A DNA stretch of 64,000 nucleotides from the human T2T-CHM13v2.0 reference genome, Homo sapiens: the NCBI RefSeq assembly GCF_009914755.1, contig NC_060939.1. One strand, written 5' to 3'. The notes under the pieces were generated by a model. It did no database searches, had not been told where the DNA came from, and saw nothing but the letters and a program-made list of their open reading frames with translations. This document shows positions 52,606 to 64,000 of the stretch, piece after piece. A program made the position numbers and the translations under genes. Every line of letters starts with the position of its first letter. Position 1 is the first letter of the stretch.

Positions 52606-53609
52606 ATTTCTAGCATGAGAATGATGAAACTCTTCTTAAAACATTTTATTTTCTTTTTCCAAATAGTTGTTTCTAACTATAAAACTAAAACATGTTTATT
52701 ACAGAAACGTTTGGAAATTACCACAAGTATGAAGAAAAAACTTTCTTCCCCTATCATTGCCATCCTGATTTTGGCTCAGCAACACTTTTAATTTTGTGCA
52801 ATTGAAATAGGGACTCTGGACCACTTAGTTTCTTGGAATAATTTTTGGATCTACTGAAGGATTCAGGCCTTTTAAAAAATATTTCTCTTGAGAAGGGAAA
52901 AGGATGGGAACTCACATTTGATGAGCATCTATTGTGAGCTAGGCCTTGTATCCCAGAAAGCTCTGTGAAGCATTAAAATTACATTAAAATAGCATGAAAA
53001 ATTTGTTTCCTCTCTTCATCCTCCCTAACTCCCTGCTTTTTTTAGGCTTGGGTTAAATAATTTGCCCAGTGTCACTCAGCTAGTATGTGGTAGGTTTGAA
53101 AAGTTGGGGAAAACTTAAGTATCATTCAGTTAAAATTGTTAACCTGTGTCTTATTTCATGGTTTAAGAAAGATAGTTCTCCCCCCACCCCCCAACACAGT
53201 TTTCTGGCTTCTGTGGTCTTCCTTTTATTTTCTATCAGATTTAGAAGTCCCAAGATCCCCTTATGTCCTACTCAAATTAAGACTTGTTTCTCTTCTCCTT
53301 TCTGTATTGTGCTTTCAACTCTGAGGCCCTGTTTTAGCTTTGGTGTTTATTAGCTGAATAAAAAGATAAAGTGAGAGAGCTTAGAGTTTTAATAGGGAAC
53401 ATTTCTTGAATTGGATTGATTTCATCATCAATTTTACTTTCTTAAGTATTAACTAATTACTAGCTGTGGATTCCCAGGCAAGTCCACTCACTTTCTTCAT
53501 CTGTAAAATGAACTACCTACTCAGCAAGGATCCTTCTGTGGTGTATCAGCATTCCTTATTATTATTATTTGTTTTTGTTAGTAGAACCATGAAATAAATT
53601 TCTGGCGAT

Positions 53610-53771
53610 ATGGGCACAGAGTATTTGCAGTTGTAACACAATGGTAAGTATCTATATCTAAACATAGAAAAGGTACAGTATAAATACAGCATTATAATCT
53701 TATGTGACCGACTGCTGTCTTATATGCGGTTCGTGGTTGACTGGAAAGTCATTTTGTGGTACATGACTGTA
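53610..53771 (+). mobile_element. Tigger3/MER7-like terminal fragment
   Basis: aatggtaagtatctatatctaaacatagaaaaggtacagta...gtggtacatgactg|ta. Confidence 0.75.
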
Positions 53772-53824
53772 TTTGCATTTGTGTCAGTGGGTAAAAAGCA
53801 CTGGTTTCATGTAAAAAAAAAAAA

Positions 53825-53850
53825 GTGTGTGTGTGTGTGTGTGTGTGTGT
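53825..53850. repeat. (GT)13 microsatellite after an A-run
   Basis: Direct observation. Confidence 0.95.
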
Positions 53851-55879
53851 AGGGTATTTGTGATTCTGGAGCCTGATTTTTCCTTCTTCATTTAGGAGGT
53901 ATTTATGACTGTCAAGGCTACTTGACTGCCAGAACTTGCCATTGATGTGCTCACTTCATCAAATGGCATAGCTTATTCTAATCTGTTGTTTATTTTGTTG
54001 CCATAGTAACCTTTTTGAAAACAGAAAGGTGGTTGATATGTTTGTACAGGAATTCAGGGCCTTTCCCCTGATTGACATCTGCTGGCAGGAATTTTTATCC
54101 TAGTGATTCGGGCTAAGGCTTGGGGCTATAATGAGTACAAAGGGAGGTGGGATATTTGGACAGTTTGAAGCAGACTTCTTTATATTAATCCACTCTATTA
54201 ATTGCTAAATTATTTTATTTAGTGATTTAGGGCTTTCCACTCGAGCCAGCTACTTGTTATATGAATTATATTTATTCCTGACAGGTGTTATGCTTGGGTT
54301 CAACATTTAGAACTCAGGCTAGAGTGGAGCACGTTGCTGCTACCTCAGGCTTATTCAGACAGACAAAATAGAAAACAATGAAAGGTGGCCCCTTCCAGAT
54401 TTCACCTTAGTACATTTGGACTAGTGAACTAGGATGAGCAATAAAAGGTAGTTGAGGAGGTGTGGAAATGAAATCCTAAAGGCAATAAAAAGTAAAATGT
54501 TTTCACATCTCTTATTCTAGTGCCAGTGAACCTTTGACTTGGTTGCAGAACGAATCTACATGGGAGCAAGCAGTTGTTTAGAGTAAAATCTTTGCACAGA
54601 TGTCTTTTCCCTTTTCACATGTTAGAAAAATTGGGAAGAAAATCTGTAAGTGAAATGCCAAAAAACTCAATGTAATCTTTTTAGAATGTCTAAGATGGAC
54701 TACAGAATCAGTCTTAATCTTTTTCAGAAGACATGGCCACAGAGGCTTTTGTGGGAAGGGGATTGTAATTTAGTTAAAATTTAGTGAAGTCAACACCAGG
54801 ACTCTAGCAGCCCTTCCTGGTGAATTAATTTTGTTCTTTGTGTCCTTAAGCTTTCCTTTTTGGACCTCTTACTTCCTGGAGGCTTTCTCTCCTAGCCCCT
54901 TTGCCTTTGGGTATTCTGTTACCACAAAAGGAGTTAACTCTTCATATGGTACAATCATCATAGCTGTTTTGAAATCTGTTTTTTAGCTGAGGGAATTAAG
55001 GCGGAAAGAAGTTGCAAAGGGGTCATGCATGTTGCTTTTCCATTTACTGTATTCTCTTAAAGTATATAATACTTTAAATGAACTGTTCCCTTCTTTTCCC
55101 TCACCTTCCATATGCTTATTCAGTCAAAAAGCCCTTATCCTCTGATCTCTGATAAGTACTGGGAAACTATCTGATCAAAAAAACCTATGATCAAAACAGT
55201 TCTTTGGAATGAATGTCCTTATCTGTGTTTAAAAGATGCTGGATAACTCTTGTGAACATTCAGTTAGTACAGTTTGTGGGCATTGTTTTGAGGCCCCTAC
55301 AATACCAAAGAAAATGGTCAGCAACTTGGCACCTTACCACTGAAAGGGGCTTCATCTCTGAATTTGCATTTCGAGAGCTCACAGTGGGAGTTACAGGCTT
55401 TGATGGTATCACTGGTAGCCCAGAGAAAACTGACTGATATGTTCTAATTCTTGAGACAGGAAAGAAAACCCATACATCTTAGGATTTTTTGTAATCATTG
55501 ATGCATAAATAATTTAGGCAGGAAATTTAGTTATTTAGGATGTTTTGTTTCCTGAAATGTTATTTAATTGTATTTTTCTACCCACTTGTCATATTATGGA
55601 AGTAGTTTATATGACAGCGTGCTCTTATGAGCAGTCATTTAATTACATCTTCCTTTGGACTTTCATAGCACTGTGACTTACCTTTATTATAGTACTTACT
55701 TACAAACTTGGAGAGAAAGATGCCAACTGTCTGTGAAAAAAATCAGTCTGTATTTAATTAAGGCACAAACAGAGCTAAAAATTAAGGCACAAACAGAGAG
55801 AGCTAAAAATTATTCATATTTTTCTCCTTGTAATGGCACTGTACTTGATGCTTCTATTTATTTTTAATTCTTAAGGTAA

Positions 55880-56070
55880 TTTTATTTTTAATTTCTATGG
55901 ATACATAATTGTACATTTTTATGGGGTACATGTGATATTTAATACAATCTACAATGTGTACTGATCAAATCAGGGTAATTGGGATATCCATCACCTCAAG
56001 CATTTAACATTTGTGTTGGGAACATTCTAAATCCCCCCCTTTGTTTAAAAATATACACTTTTTTCTATTT
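55880..56070 (-). mobile_element. L1MA-type 3' end
   Basis: tatggggtacatgtgatattt...gatcaaatcagggtaattgggatatccatcacctcaagcattt. Confidence 0.8.
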
Positions 56071-56129
56071 ATTTTGATTTAGTTGTAGAAGTGCCATGGT
56101 TGGTGAGCAACTTGGTATTGCTAGAGTTG

Positions 56130-56680
56130 TGATGGCAGCAGGAAATAAAGGTATAGATAGTGATTTGGGACTAGGGAGTTTGGCTTTAATGTGAAGAAAG
56201 CAAGAAGTCCTTGGAAAGATTTGACCAGAGAATTGACACATACTATATTGAAGTTGTGGGGCAGTTGAACCTTGTGATAACGTGGAAGATAGTTATGCTT
56301 AGAGGCAAAGACAACAGCAGGGAATAGGTCCAGGAGTGAGGACAACGACTTGGGCAGTAGGGGTGGATAAGGAGACAGTGTGGAGGTAAACGAAATAGGA
56401 TTTGTTGGGAGGCAATGTAGGCAGTGAAGGAGAAGGAAATGGTTTTATGAGAGCTTGAGGTGAGACCGTTAATGAGGATAAAGGACAACGAATGAGCATG
56501 TAGAAGATGGATTCAGTGCAGAACATCCAAGGGGACTAGGATGTCTAGCAGGCACTTGGCAATTAGGTTATGGAGCTTAGAAAAGACTTTAGGGCTAGAG
56601 ACTCAAAGTTGAGAGTGGTTTGCCTATAAGCAATAGTTGAAACTGAGAGAATGGGATGGAAAGATATTTGTTGGATGCGA
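56130..56680 (-). mobile_element. L2 relic
   Basis: Purine-rich degenerate L2-like phrases (gtctagcaggcacttgg...ggagcttagaaaagactttagggctagag). Confidence 0.5.
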
Positions 56681-56754
56681 GGACAATCTGGAATTAGCTG
56701 GTCTGGCCAAGTAAACATGCCTTTTCGTCTTCCCCGCTTTGCCCAGCCCTTCTT

Positions 56755-56813
56755 TTTCTTTTTCTTTTTTTTTTTTTTTTTGAGACAGAGTCTCGCTGTG
56801 TTGTCCAGGCTTT
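56755..56813 (-). mobile_element. Extremely 5'-truncated Alu (~30 nt plus tail)
   Basis: TSD CCAGCCCTTCTT at 56743-56754 and 56814-56825. Confidence 0.85.
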
Positions 56814-57039
56814 CCAGCCCTTCTTAAAGCTCTAGTCCAGGCTCTGATGAAGAGGATTGAATTTAAAATTCATCACACATTGTTAAACATTATATAAATA
56901 AATGGTGTGCTCTTAAAGGCAGCATAAATATCTGGGTTTCACCAAGGAAGGAATGGGAAAATGGGTTAAACTTAAAAAAGTGAATGTGTAGTCAGAAAAT
57001 GACAGAGCTACTGATTTGCTTTTTAAAATAATAAATTTA

Positions 57040-57342
<303 letters not shown>

Positions 57343-57418
57343 TTATTATTATTATTTTAAAATAAGAGTTCTTCAGCAAAATGGATAGGATATGGACCTG
57401 GATTTGATTTTTAACTCC

Positions 57419-60400
57419 TTTTTTAAAAAAAAATTTTATTTTAGGTTTGGGGATACATGTTAAGGTTTGCTACACAGATAAACACATGTCACGGGTGTTT
57501 GTTTTACATATTATTACATCACCCAGGTATTAAGTTCAGTACATAATAGTTATCTTTTCTGCTCCTCTCCCTCCTCCCCCACCCCCAAATAGACCCCAGT
57601 GTCTGTTGTTTCCTTCTTTGTGTTAGTAAGTTCTTATCATTTAGCTTCCACTTACAAGTGAGAACATGGCAGTATTTGATTTTCTGTTCTTGTGTTAATT
57701 TGCTGAGGATAATAGCCTCCAGCTTCATCCATGTTCCCAGAGAAGACATGATCTCATTCTTTTTAATGGCTATGTAATATTTCAAGATGTATATGTACCA
57801 CATTTTCTTTATCCAGTCTGTCATTGATGGGCATTTATGTTGATTCCTTGTCTTTGCTGTTGTGAACAGTGCTGCAGTGAGCATTTGTGTGCATGTGTCT
57901 TTATGGTAGAATGATTTATAATCCTCTGGGTATATACTCAATAATGGGATTGCTGGGTTGAATGGTAGTTCTGCTTTTAGCTCTTTGAGGAATCGCTATA
58001 CTGCTTTCCACAATGGTTGAACTAATTTACCAACTCACCAGCAGTGTATAAGGGTTCCTTTTCCCTGCAACCTTGCCAGCATCTGCTGTTTTTTTGACTT
58101 TTTAATAATAGCCATTCTGAGTTGTGTGAGTTGATGTCTTATTGTGGTTTTGATTTGCATTTCTCTAATGATCACTGATATTGAGCTTTTTTTTCATATG
58201 CTTGTTGGCTACATGTATGTCTTCTTTTGAGAAGTGTATGTTCATGTCATTTGCTCACTTTTTAATAGGGTTGTTTGTTTTTCTTTTGTAATTTAAGTTC
58301 CTTGTAGATGCTGGATATTAGACCTTTGTCACATGCATAGTTTGCAAATATTTTCTCCCATTCTGTAGATTGTCTACTCTGTTGACAGTTTGTTTTGCTG
58401 TGCAGAAGTTCTTAAGCTTAATTAGATCCCATTTATCAATTTTTCCTTTTTTTCGTGATTGCTTTTGGTGTCTTTGTCATGAAATCTTTGCCCGTTCCTA
58501 AGTCCAGGATGATATCACCTAGGTTATCTTCCAGGGTTTTTATAGATTTGGGTTTTACATTTAAGTCTTTAATCCATCTTGAGTTAATTTTTATACAGAA
58601 TGTAAGGAAGGGGTCCAGCTTCAAACTTGTACATATGGTTAGCCTGTTATCCCAGCACCATTTATTGAATAGGGAGTCTTTTCCCTATTGCTTGTTTTTG
58701 TCACCTTTGTCAAAGATCAGATGGTCGTAGATGTGTGACCTTATTTCTGGGCTCTCTATTTTGTTCCATTGGTTTGTGTGCCTGTTTTGTACCAGTACCA
58801 TGCTGTTTTGGTCACTGTAGCCTTTAGTATAGTTTGAAATTGAGTAACGTGATTCTTCCAGCTTTGTTCTTTTTGCTAAGGATTGCCTTGGCTATTCAGG
58901 CTTTTTTTTTTTTTTTCTGAAAAGAAAAAAGAAAACTTTTTTCCTCAGGTTCCATATAATTAAAAAAATTTTTTTTTCTAGTTCTGTGAAGAATGTCGTT
59001 GGTAGTTTAATAGAAATAACATTGGATCTGTAAATTGCTTTGGGCAGTATACCCATTTTAATGATATTGATTCTTCCTATCCATGAGCATGGATGTTTTT
59101 CCATTTGTTTGTGTCTTGTCTGATTTCTTTGAGCAGTATTTTATAATTCTTCTTGTATAGATCTTTCACCTCCCTGGTTAGCTGTATTCCTAGGTATTTT
59201 ATTTTATGTTATTTTATGTTGTTTTATTTTATTTATGGCAGTTGTGAATGGGATTGCCTTTCTGATTTGGCTCTCGATTTGGTTGCTGTTGGTATATAGG
59301 AATGCTAGTGATTTTTGTACATTGATTTTTATATCCTGCAACTTTGCTGAAGTTGTTTATCAGCTGAAGGAGCTTTTGGGCCAAGACTATGGGGTTTTGT
59401 AGATACAGAATCATGTCATCTGCAAATAGAGATAGTTTGACTTCCTTTCTTCCTACTTGGGTGCCCTTTACTTCTTTCTCTTGCCTGATTGCTCTGGCTA
59501 GGATTTCCAATACTATGTTGAATAGAAGTGGTGAGAGAGGGCGTCTTTGTCTTGTACCGGTTTTCAAGGGGGAATGCTTTTGCCCATTCAGTATGATGTT
59601 GGCTGTGGATTTGTCATAGGTGGCTCTTACTATTTTGAGGTATGTTCCTTCAATACCTAGTTTATTGAGAGTTTTTAACCTAAAGCGATGTTGAGTTTTA
59701 TCAAAAGCCTTTTCTGTATCTATTGAGATAATCATGTGGTTTTTATTAGTCTGTTTATGTGATGAATCACATTGATTGATTTTTGTATGTTGAACCAACT
59801 TGCAACTGGGGATGAAGCTTACTTGATCATGGTGGATTAGCTTTTTGATGTGCTGTTGGATTTGTTTTGCAAGTATTTTATTGAGGATTTTTGCACTGAT
59901 ATTCATCAAGGATATTGGCCTGAAGTTTTCTCTTTTTTTGTAGTATTTCTGCTAGGTTTTGGTATCAAGATGATGCTGGCCTCATAGAGTGAGTTGGGAG
60001 AAGTCCTTCCTCCTCAATTTTTTGTAATAGTTTCTGTAAGAATGGTACCAGCTCTTCTTTGTACATCTAGTAGAATTAGGCTGTGAATCCATCAGGTCCT
60101 AGGCCTTTTTTGGTTGGTATGCTTTTATTACTGATTCAATTTTGGAGCTCATTATTGGTCTGTTTAGGGAATAAATTTATTCCTTGCTCAGTCTGGGTGG
60201 GGGTGTATGTGTCCAGGAATTTATCCATCTCTTCTAGTTTTTCTAGTTTGTGTGGGTAGAGGTGTTTGTAGTAGTTTCTCATGATTGTTTTTATTTCTAT
60301 GGAGTCAGTAGTAACATTCCCTGCGTCACTTCTAATTGTGTTTATTTGGATCTTCTCTCTTTTCTTCTTAATTAGTTTAGCGATCTTTTGAATGATTTTT

Positions 60401-63400
60401 CATGTCTTGATTTCCTTCAGTTCAGCTCTGATTTTTGTTATTTCTCTTCTTCTGCTAGCTTTGGGGTTGATTTGTTCTTCTCTAATTCTTTCAGTTGTGA
60501 GATTAGGTTGTTAATTTGAGATCTTTCTTTTTCGTGTGGGCATTTGGTGCTATGAATTTTCCTCTTAACACCACCTTAGCTGTGTCCCAGAGATTCTGTT
60601 ATGTTGTATCTTTGTTCTCATTATTTTCAAATAACTTCTGGATTTCTGCCTTAATTTCATTATTTACCTAAAAGTCATTCAGGAGCATGTTCTTATTTTC
60701 CATGTAATTGGATGGTTTTGAGTGATTTTCATTGTGTTGACTCCTATTTTCATTGCGCTGTGGTCTGAGTGTGTGTTTGGTATGATTTGGTTTCTTTTAC
60801 TTTTGTGAGGATTGTTTTATGTCCAATTATATGGTTGATTTTAGAGTATGTGCCATGTCGTGATGAGAAGAATGTATATTCTGTTGCTTTTGGTTGGAGA
60901 CTTCTGTAAAAGGTCTGTCAGATCCATTTGGTTCAACGCTAAGTTTAGGTCCTGAATATCTTTGTTTATTTTCTGGCTCAGTCTGTCTAATACTGTCAGT
61001 GGAGTGTTGAAGTCTCCCACTATTATTGTGTGGGGAGTCCATGTCTCTTTGTAGGTCTCTAAGAACTTGCTTTATGACTCTGGGTGCTCCTCTGTTGGGT
61101 GCATATATATTTAAGATAGTTAGGTCTTCTTGTTGAATTGAACCCTTTACCATTATCCCATGCCCTTCCTTGTCTTTTTTGATCCTTGTTGGTTTGGAGT
61201 CTGTTTTGTTTGAAATTAGGATTGCAACCTTTTTTGTGTTTCCCATTGCTTGGTAGATTGTGTTTCCCATTTGCTTGGTAGATTTTTCTCCATCCCTTTA
61301 TTTTGAGCCTAGGAGTTTCACTATGAGTGAGATGGGTCTCTTGAAGACAGCATACCATTGGGTCTTGCTTTTTTATCCTTGCCACTTTGTGCCTTTTAAG
61401 TGGGGGCATTTAGCCTGTTTACATTCAAGATTAGTAATGGTGTGTCTGGATTTGATCCTGTCATTGTGCTGTTAGCTGGTTATTATGTTGGCTTGTTTGT
61501 GTGGTTGATTTACAGTGATACTGGTGTCTGTGTTTAAGTGTGTTTTTGTATTAACTGGTAGCGGTCTTTCTTTTGTATATTTAGTGCTCCTTTCAAGATA
61601 TCTTTTAAGGGCAGGTCTGGTGGTAATGAAGTCTCTCGACATTTGCTTTCCTGAAAAGGATCTTATTTCTCTTTTGCTTCGGAAGTTTAGTTTGGCTGGA
61701 TATGAAATTCTTGAAGATTTTTTTAAAGAATGTTGAATATAGGCCCCCAGTCTCTTCTGGCTTGTAGGGTTTCTGCTGAGAGATCCACTGTTAGCCTGAT
61801 GGGGATCCCTTTGCAGGTGACCTGCTCTTTTTCCCTAACTGCCTTTAACATTTATTCTTTAATTTTCATCTTGGAAAATCTGACAATTATGTGTCTTGAG
61901 GATAATCTTCATGTGTAGAATATTGCAGGAGTTCTTTGTATTTTCTGGATTTGACTGTTGGCCTCTCTAGCAAAGTTGGGAAAGTTTTTGTGGATGATAC
62001 CCTGAAACATATTTTCTAAGTTGTTGGCGTTCTCCCCTTGCCTTTGAGGGATGCCAGTGATTTGTAGTTTTGTCCTCTTTACATAATTTCTCGGAGGTTT
62101 TGTTCATTCCTTTTTATTCTTTTGTCTTTATTTCCGTCTGTCTTATTTCAGAAAACAAGTCTTCAAGTTCTGAAATTCTTTCCTTAGCTTTGGTTTATTC
62201 TGCTGTTAATTCTTGTGATTGTATTGTGAAATTCTTGTAGTGTGATATTCAGCTCTGTCAGATCCCTTAGGGTTTTTTTTTTTTTTTAAATACTGGTTAT
62301 TTCATCCTTCAGCTCCTGTATCACTTTATTATGATTCTTATTTTCCTTGGGTTGGGTTTTGTCATCATCCCGAATCTCAATGATCTTTGTTCCTATCCAT
62401 ATTCAGAATTATATTTCTGTCATTGCAGCCCATTTGGCCTGGTTAAGAACTGTTGTTGGAGAACTGGTACAGTCATTTGAAGGACATATGACACTCTGGC
62501 CATTTGAGTTACTAGAGTTCTTGTGTTGGTTATTTCTCGTCAGTGTGTGTGGGTATTACTTTAACTGCAGTGTAGATTGAGTATGGTCAATAGACTTCTT
62601 TACTGCATGTTTTCACTGAGTTGAGGTTTTGTGTAGGGTGTTTATTTGAAGCTGACTTCTTGTTTCTGGTTTCAGAGGGGAGGGTATGTCAGGTATCTTT
62701 GGTGTTAAAGCTTTGGGGTATGATCCAGCAGGTGGCTCTTAGGCTTATTGGACAGCTGGTGGACTAAACAGTTGTTCAGTTGTGTGGCTCCCCTATGTTT
62801 CCTCACAGTTGTAGCCATGTTCCCTCTCAGTGTCCTGAAAGTATGGGTTTCTCTGCCCCTTGAGTGCTGGCTGTAGTTCATGACATCCAGTACAGCTCTG
62901 GGGAGATCTCAGTATTTATGTTCCTCCCCCAGCTTACAGGCTGCAGAGGGAGAGATCTTATTAGTGGTTTTGGCCAAGGGTTGTTTGCTTGATTCCTGGG
63001 GGCTCCACCTCAGAGAGATGCAGGTGAGCAGTTGCTTAGTGCAGTCAGCCCAGGATGGAGGGTCAGTGCTGTGGGCCCAAGCCAGGGGTTGGTTCCCTGT
63101 CTGGTGATGAGCCGTCAGAGGTGTGTGGGACCTGTGGGAGATGGACTGGCCTCCTCTCCTTGAGTTTACTGCAGCTTGTTGGAGTGTGGATAAAGCACTT
63201 AATGTCTTTGCTCCTTCATCAGACCGAGGGTGGCAAGGGCAGTTCCACAGTAGAGTCAGTGGCCGAGAGGCTTTTAGTTGCCACTAGAGGCTCTGTCCAG
63301 GGAGTTGCTGAGTTGGTGCTAGCTGAGTAGCTCTGGTTGGGGGTGGCTGGAGCCCCAGGCTTGGAGGACCTGCCCTGTGAGGAGATATGGGATCAGCCAC

Positions 63401-64000
63401 CCACGTAACAGTGGGGCCACTTTTCCCTAGGGCTGCTGTGGTATACTTGAGGCCTGCAGCAGTCCCTGGTCACCTCAGATTTTCCAGAATCTGGAGGTGT
63501 TACCAGTGAAGACTGTGAAACAGCAAAGATGGCTGCCTGTCCTTCCCTCTGGGAACTTTGTCCCAGGGAGGAATGACCTGTTGCTGGTCCAAAGGCACCT
63601 ATAGGAAGTGGCTGGAGACTCCAGTTGGGAGGTCCCCCAGTGAGGAGGAGCAGGATCAGGACTGCTTAAAAAAGCAGTCTGGCCACATTTTGGTAGAGCA
63701 TGTGTGCTGTGCTGGGGGTCCACTTCAGCCCTCGGTTGCCTCAGACACTCTGAAGCTCTAAGGCTGGAACAGCTGAGTCACCCAAACAGCAAAGATGGTA
63801 GCCACCCCTTCCTCCGGAAGCTTTGTTCCAGGGGAACTTCAGATCTCTGTTGGCTGGAGAGCTTGGGTGGGGGTGGCTGGAGGCCCAGGTTGGGAGGTCC
63901 TACCCAGTGAAGAGGAATGGGATTGGGCACCTGCTTAAAGCAACAGCCTGGCCACGTTTGGGTAGAGCAGCTGTGCTGTGCTGTGCTGGGGCATCCCTTC
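57419..64000 (-). mobile_element. Near full-length older primate L1 (L1PA12/13-like), continuing past the window
   Basis: 3'UTR ttattttaggtttgggg..tacatg..aaggtttg. Many ORF2 remnants ([19 protein letters not shown]), ORF2 ATG at 61464, ORF1 remnant ~61600-62700, GC-richer 5' region beyond. Confidence 0.9.

Overview
Human genomic DNA: it contains a consensus AluYb8 and an AluYa5-type element, both essentially human-specific. The window is AT-rich and repeat-dense, with no recognisable host-gene exon. A visible T/G excess on the + strand suggests a large intron of a + strand gene (inference). Main contents: (1) a FABP5 processed retrocopy (25218-25895) with a 17-bp TSD and a fully open 135-codon ORF; (2) a full-length L1PA2-like LINE-1 (44015-~50051) with frameshifted ORF1/ORF2 but an intact 5'UTR and intact antisense ORF0, fused to the A-tail of an Alu, with one clear TSD pair around both; (3) an older antisense, near full-length L1PA12-like element (57419-window end) whose 5' region has ~265-bp tandem monomers; (4) a near full-length Tigger1, a Charlie1a, MER33, Tigger3 and MLT1, plus L1M, L2, CR1 and MIR relics; (5) about 25 Alu/FLAM copies; (6) several fold-back or duplication scars (palindromes at 13799, 16535, 28478). 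Most ORFs in the supplied track are Alu/L1-derived or chance ORFs. I found no convincing new multi-gene system. The best leads are the intact FABP5 retro-ORF, the Alu-L1 composite with ORF0, and the young Alus. Subfamily calls rest on recalled consensus diagnostics and need RepeatMasker confirmation.
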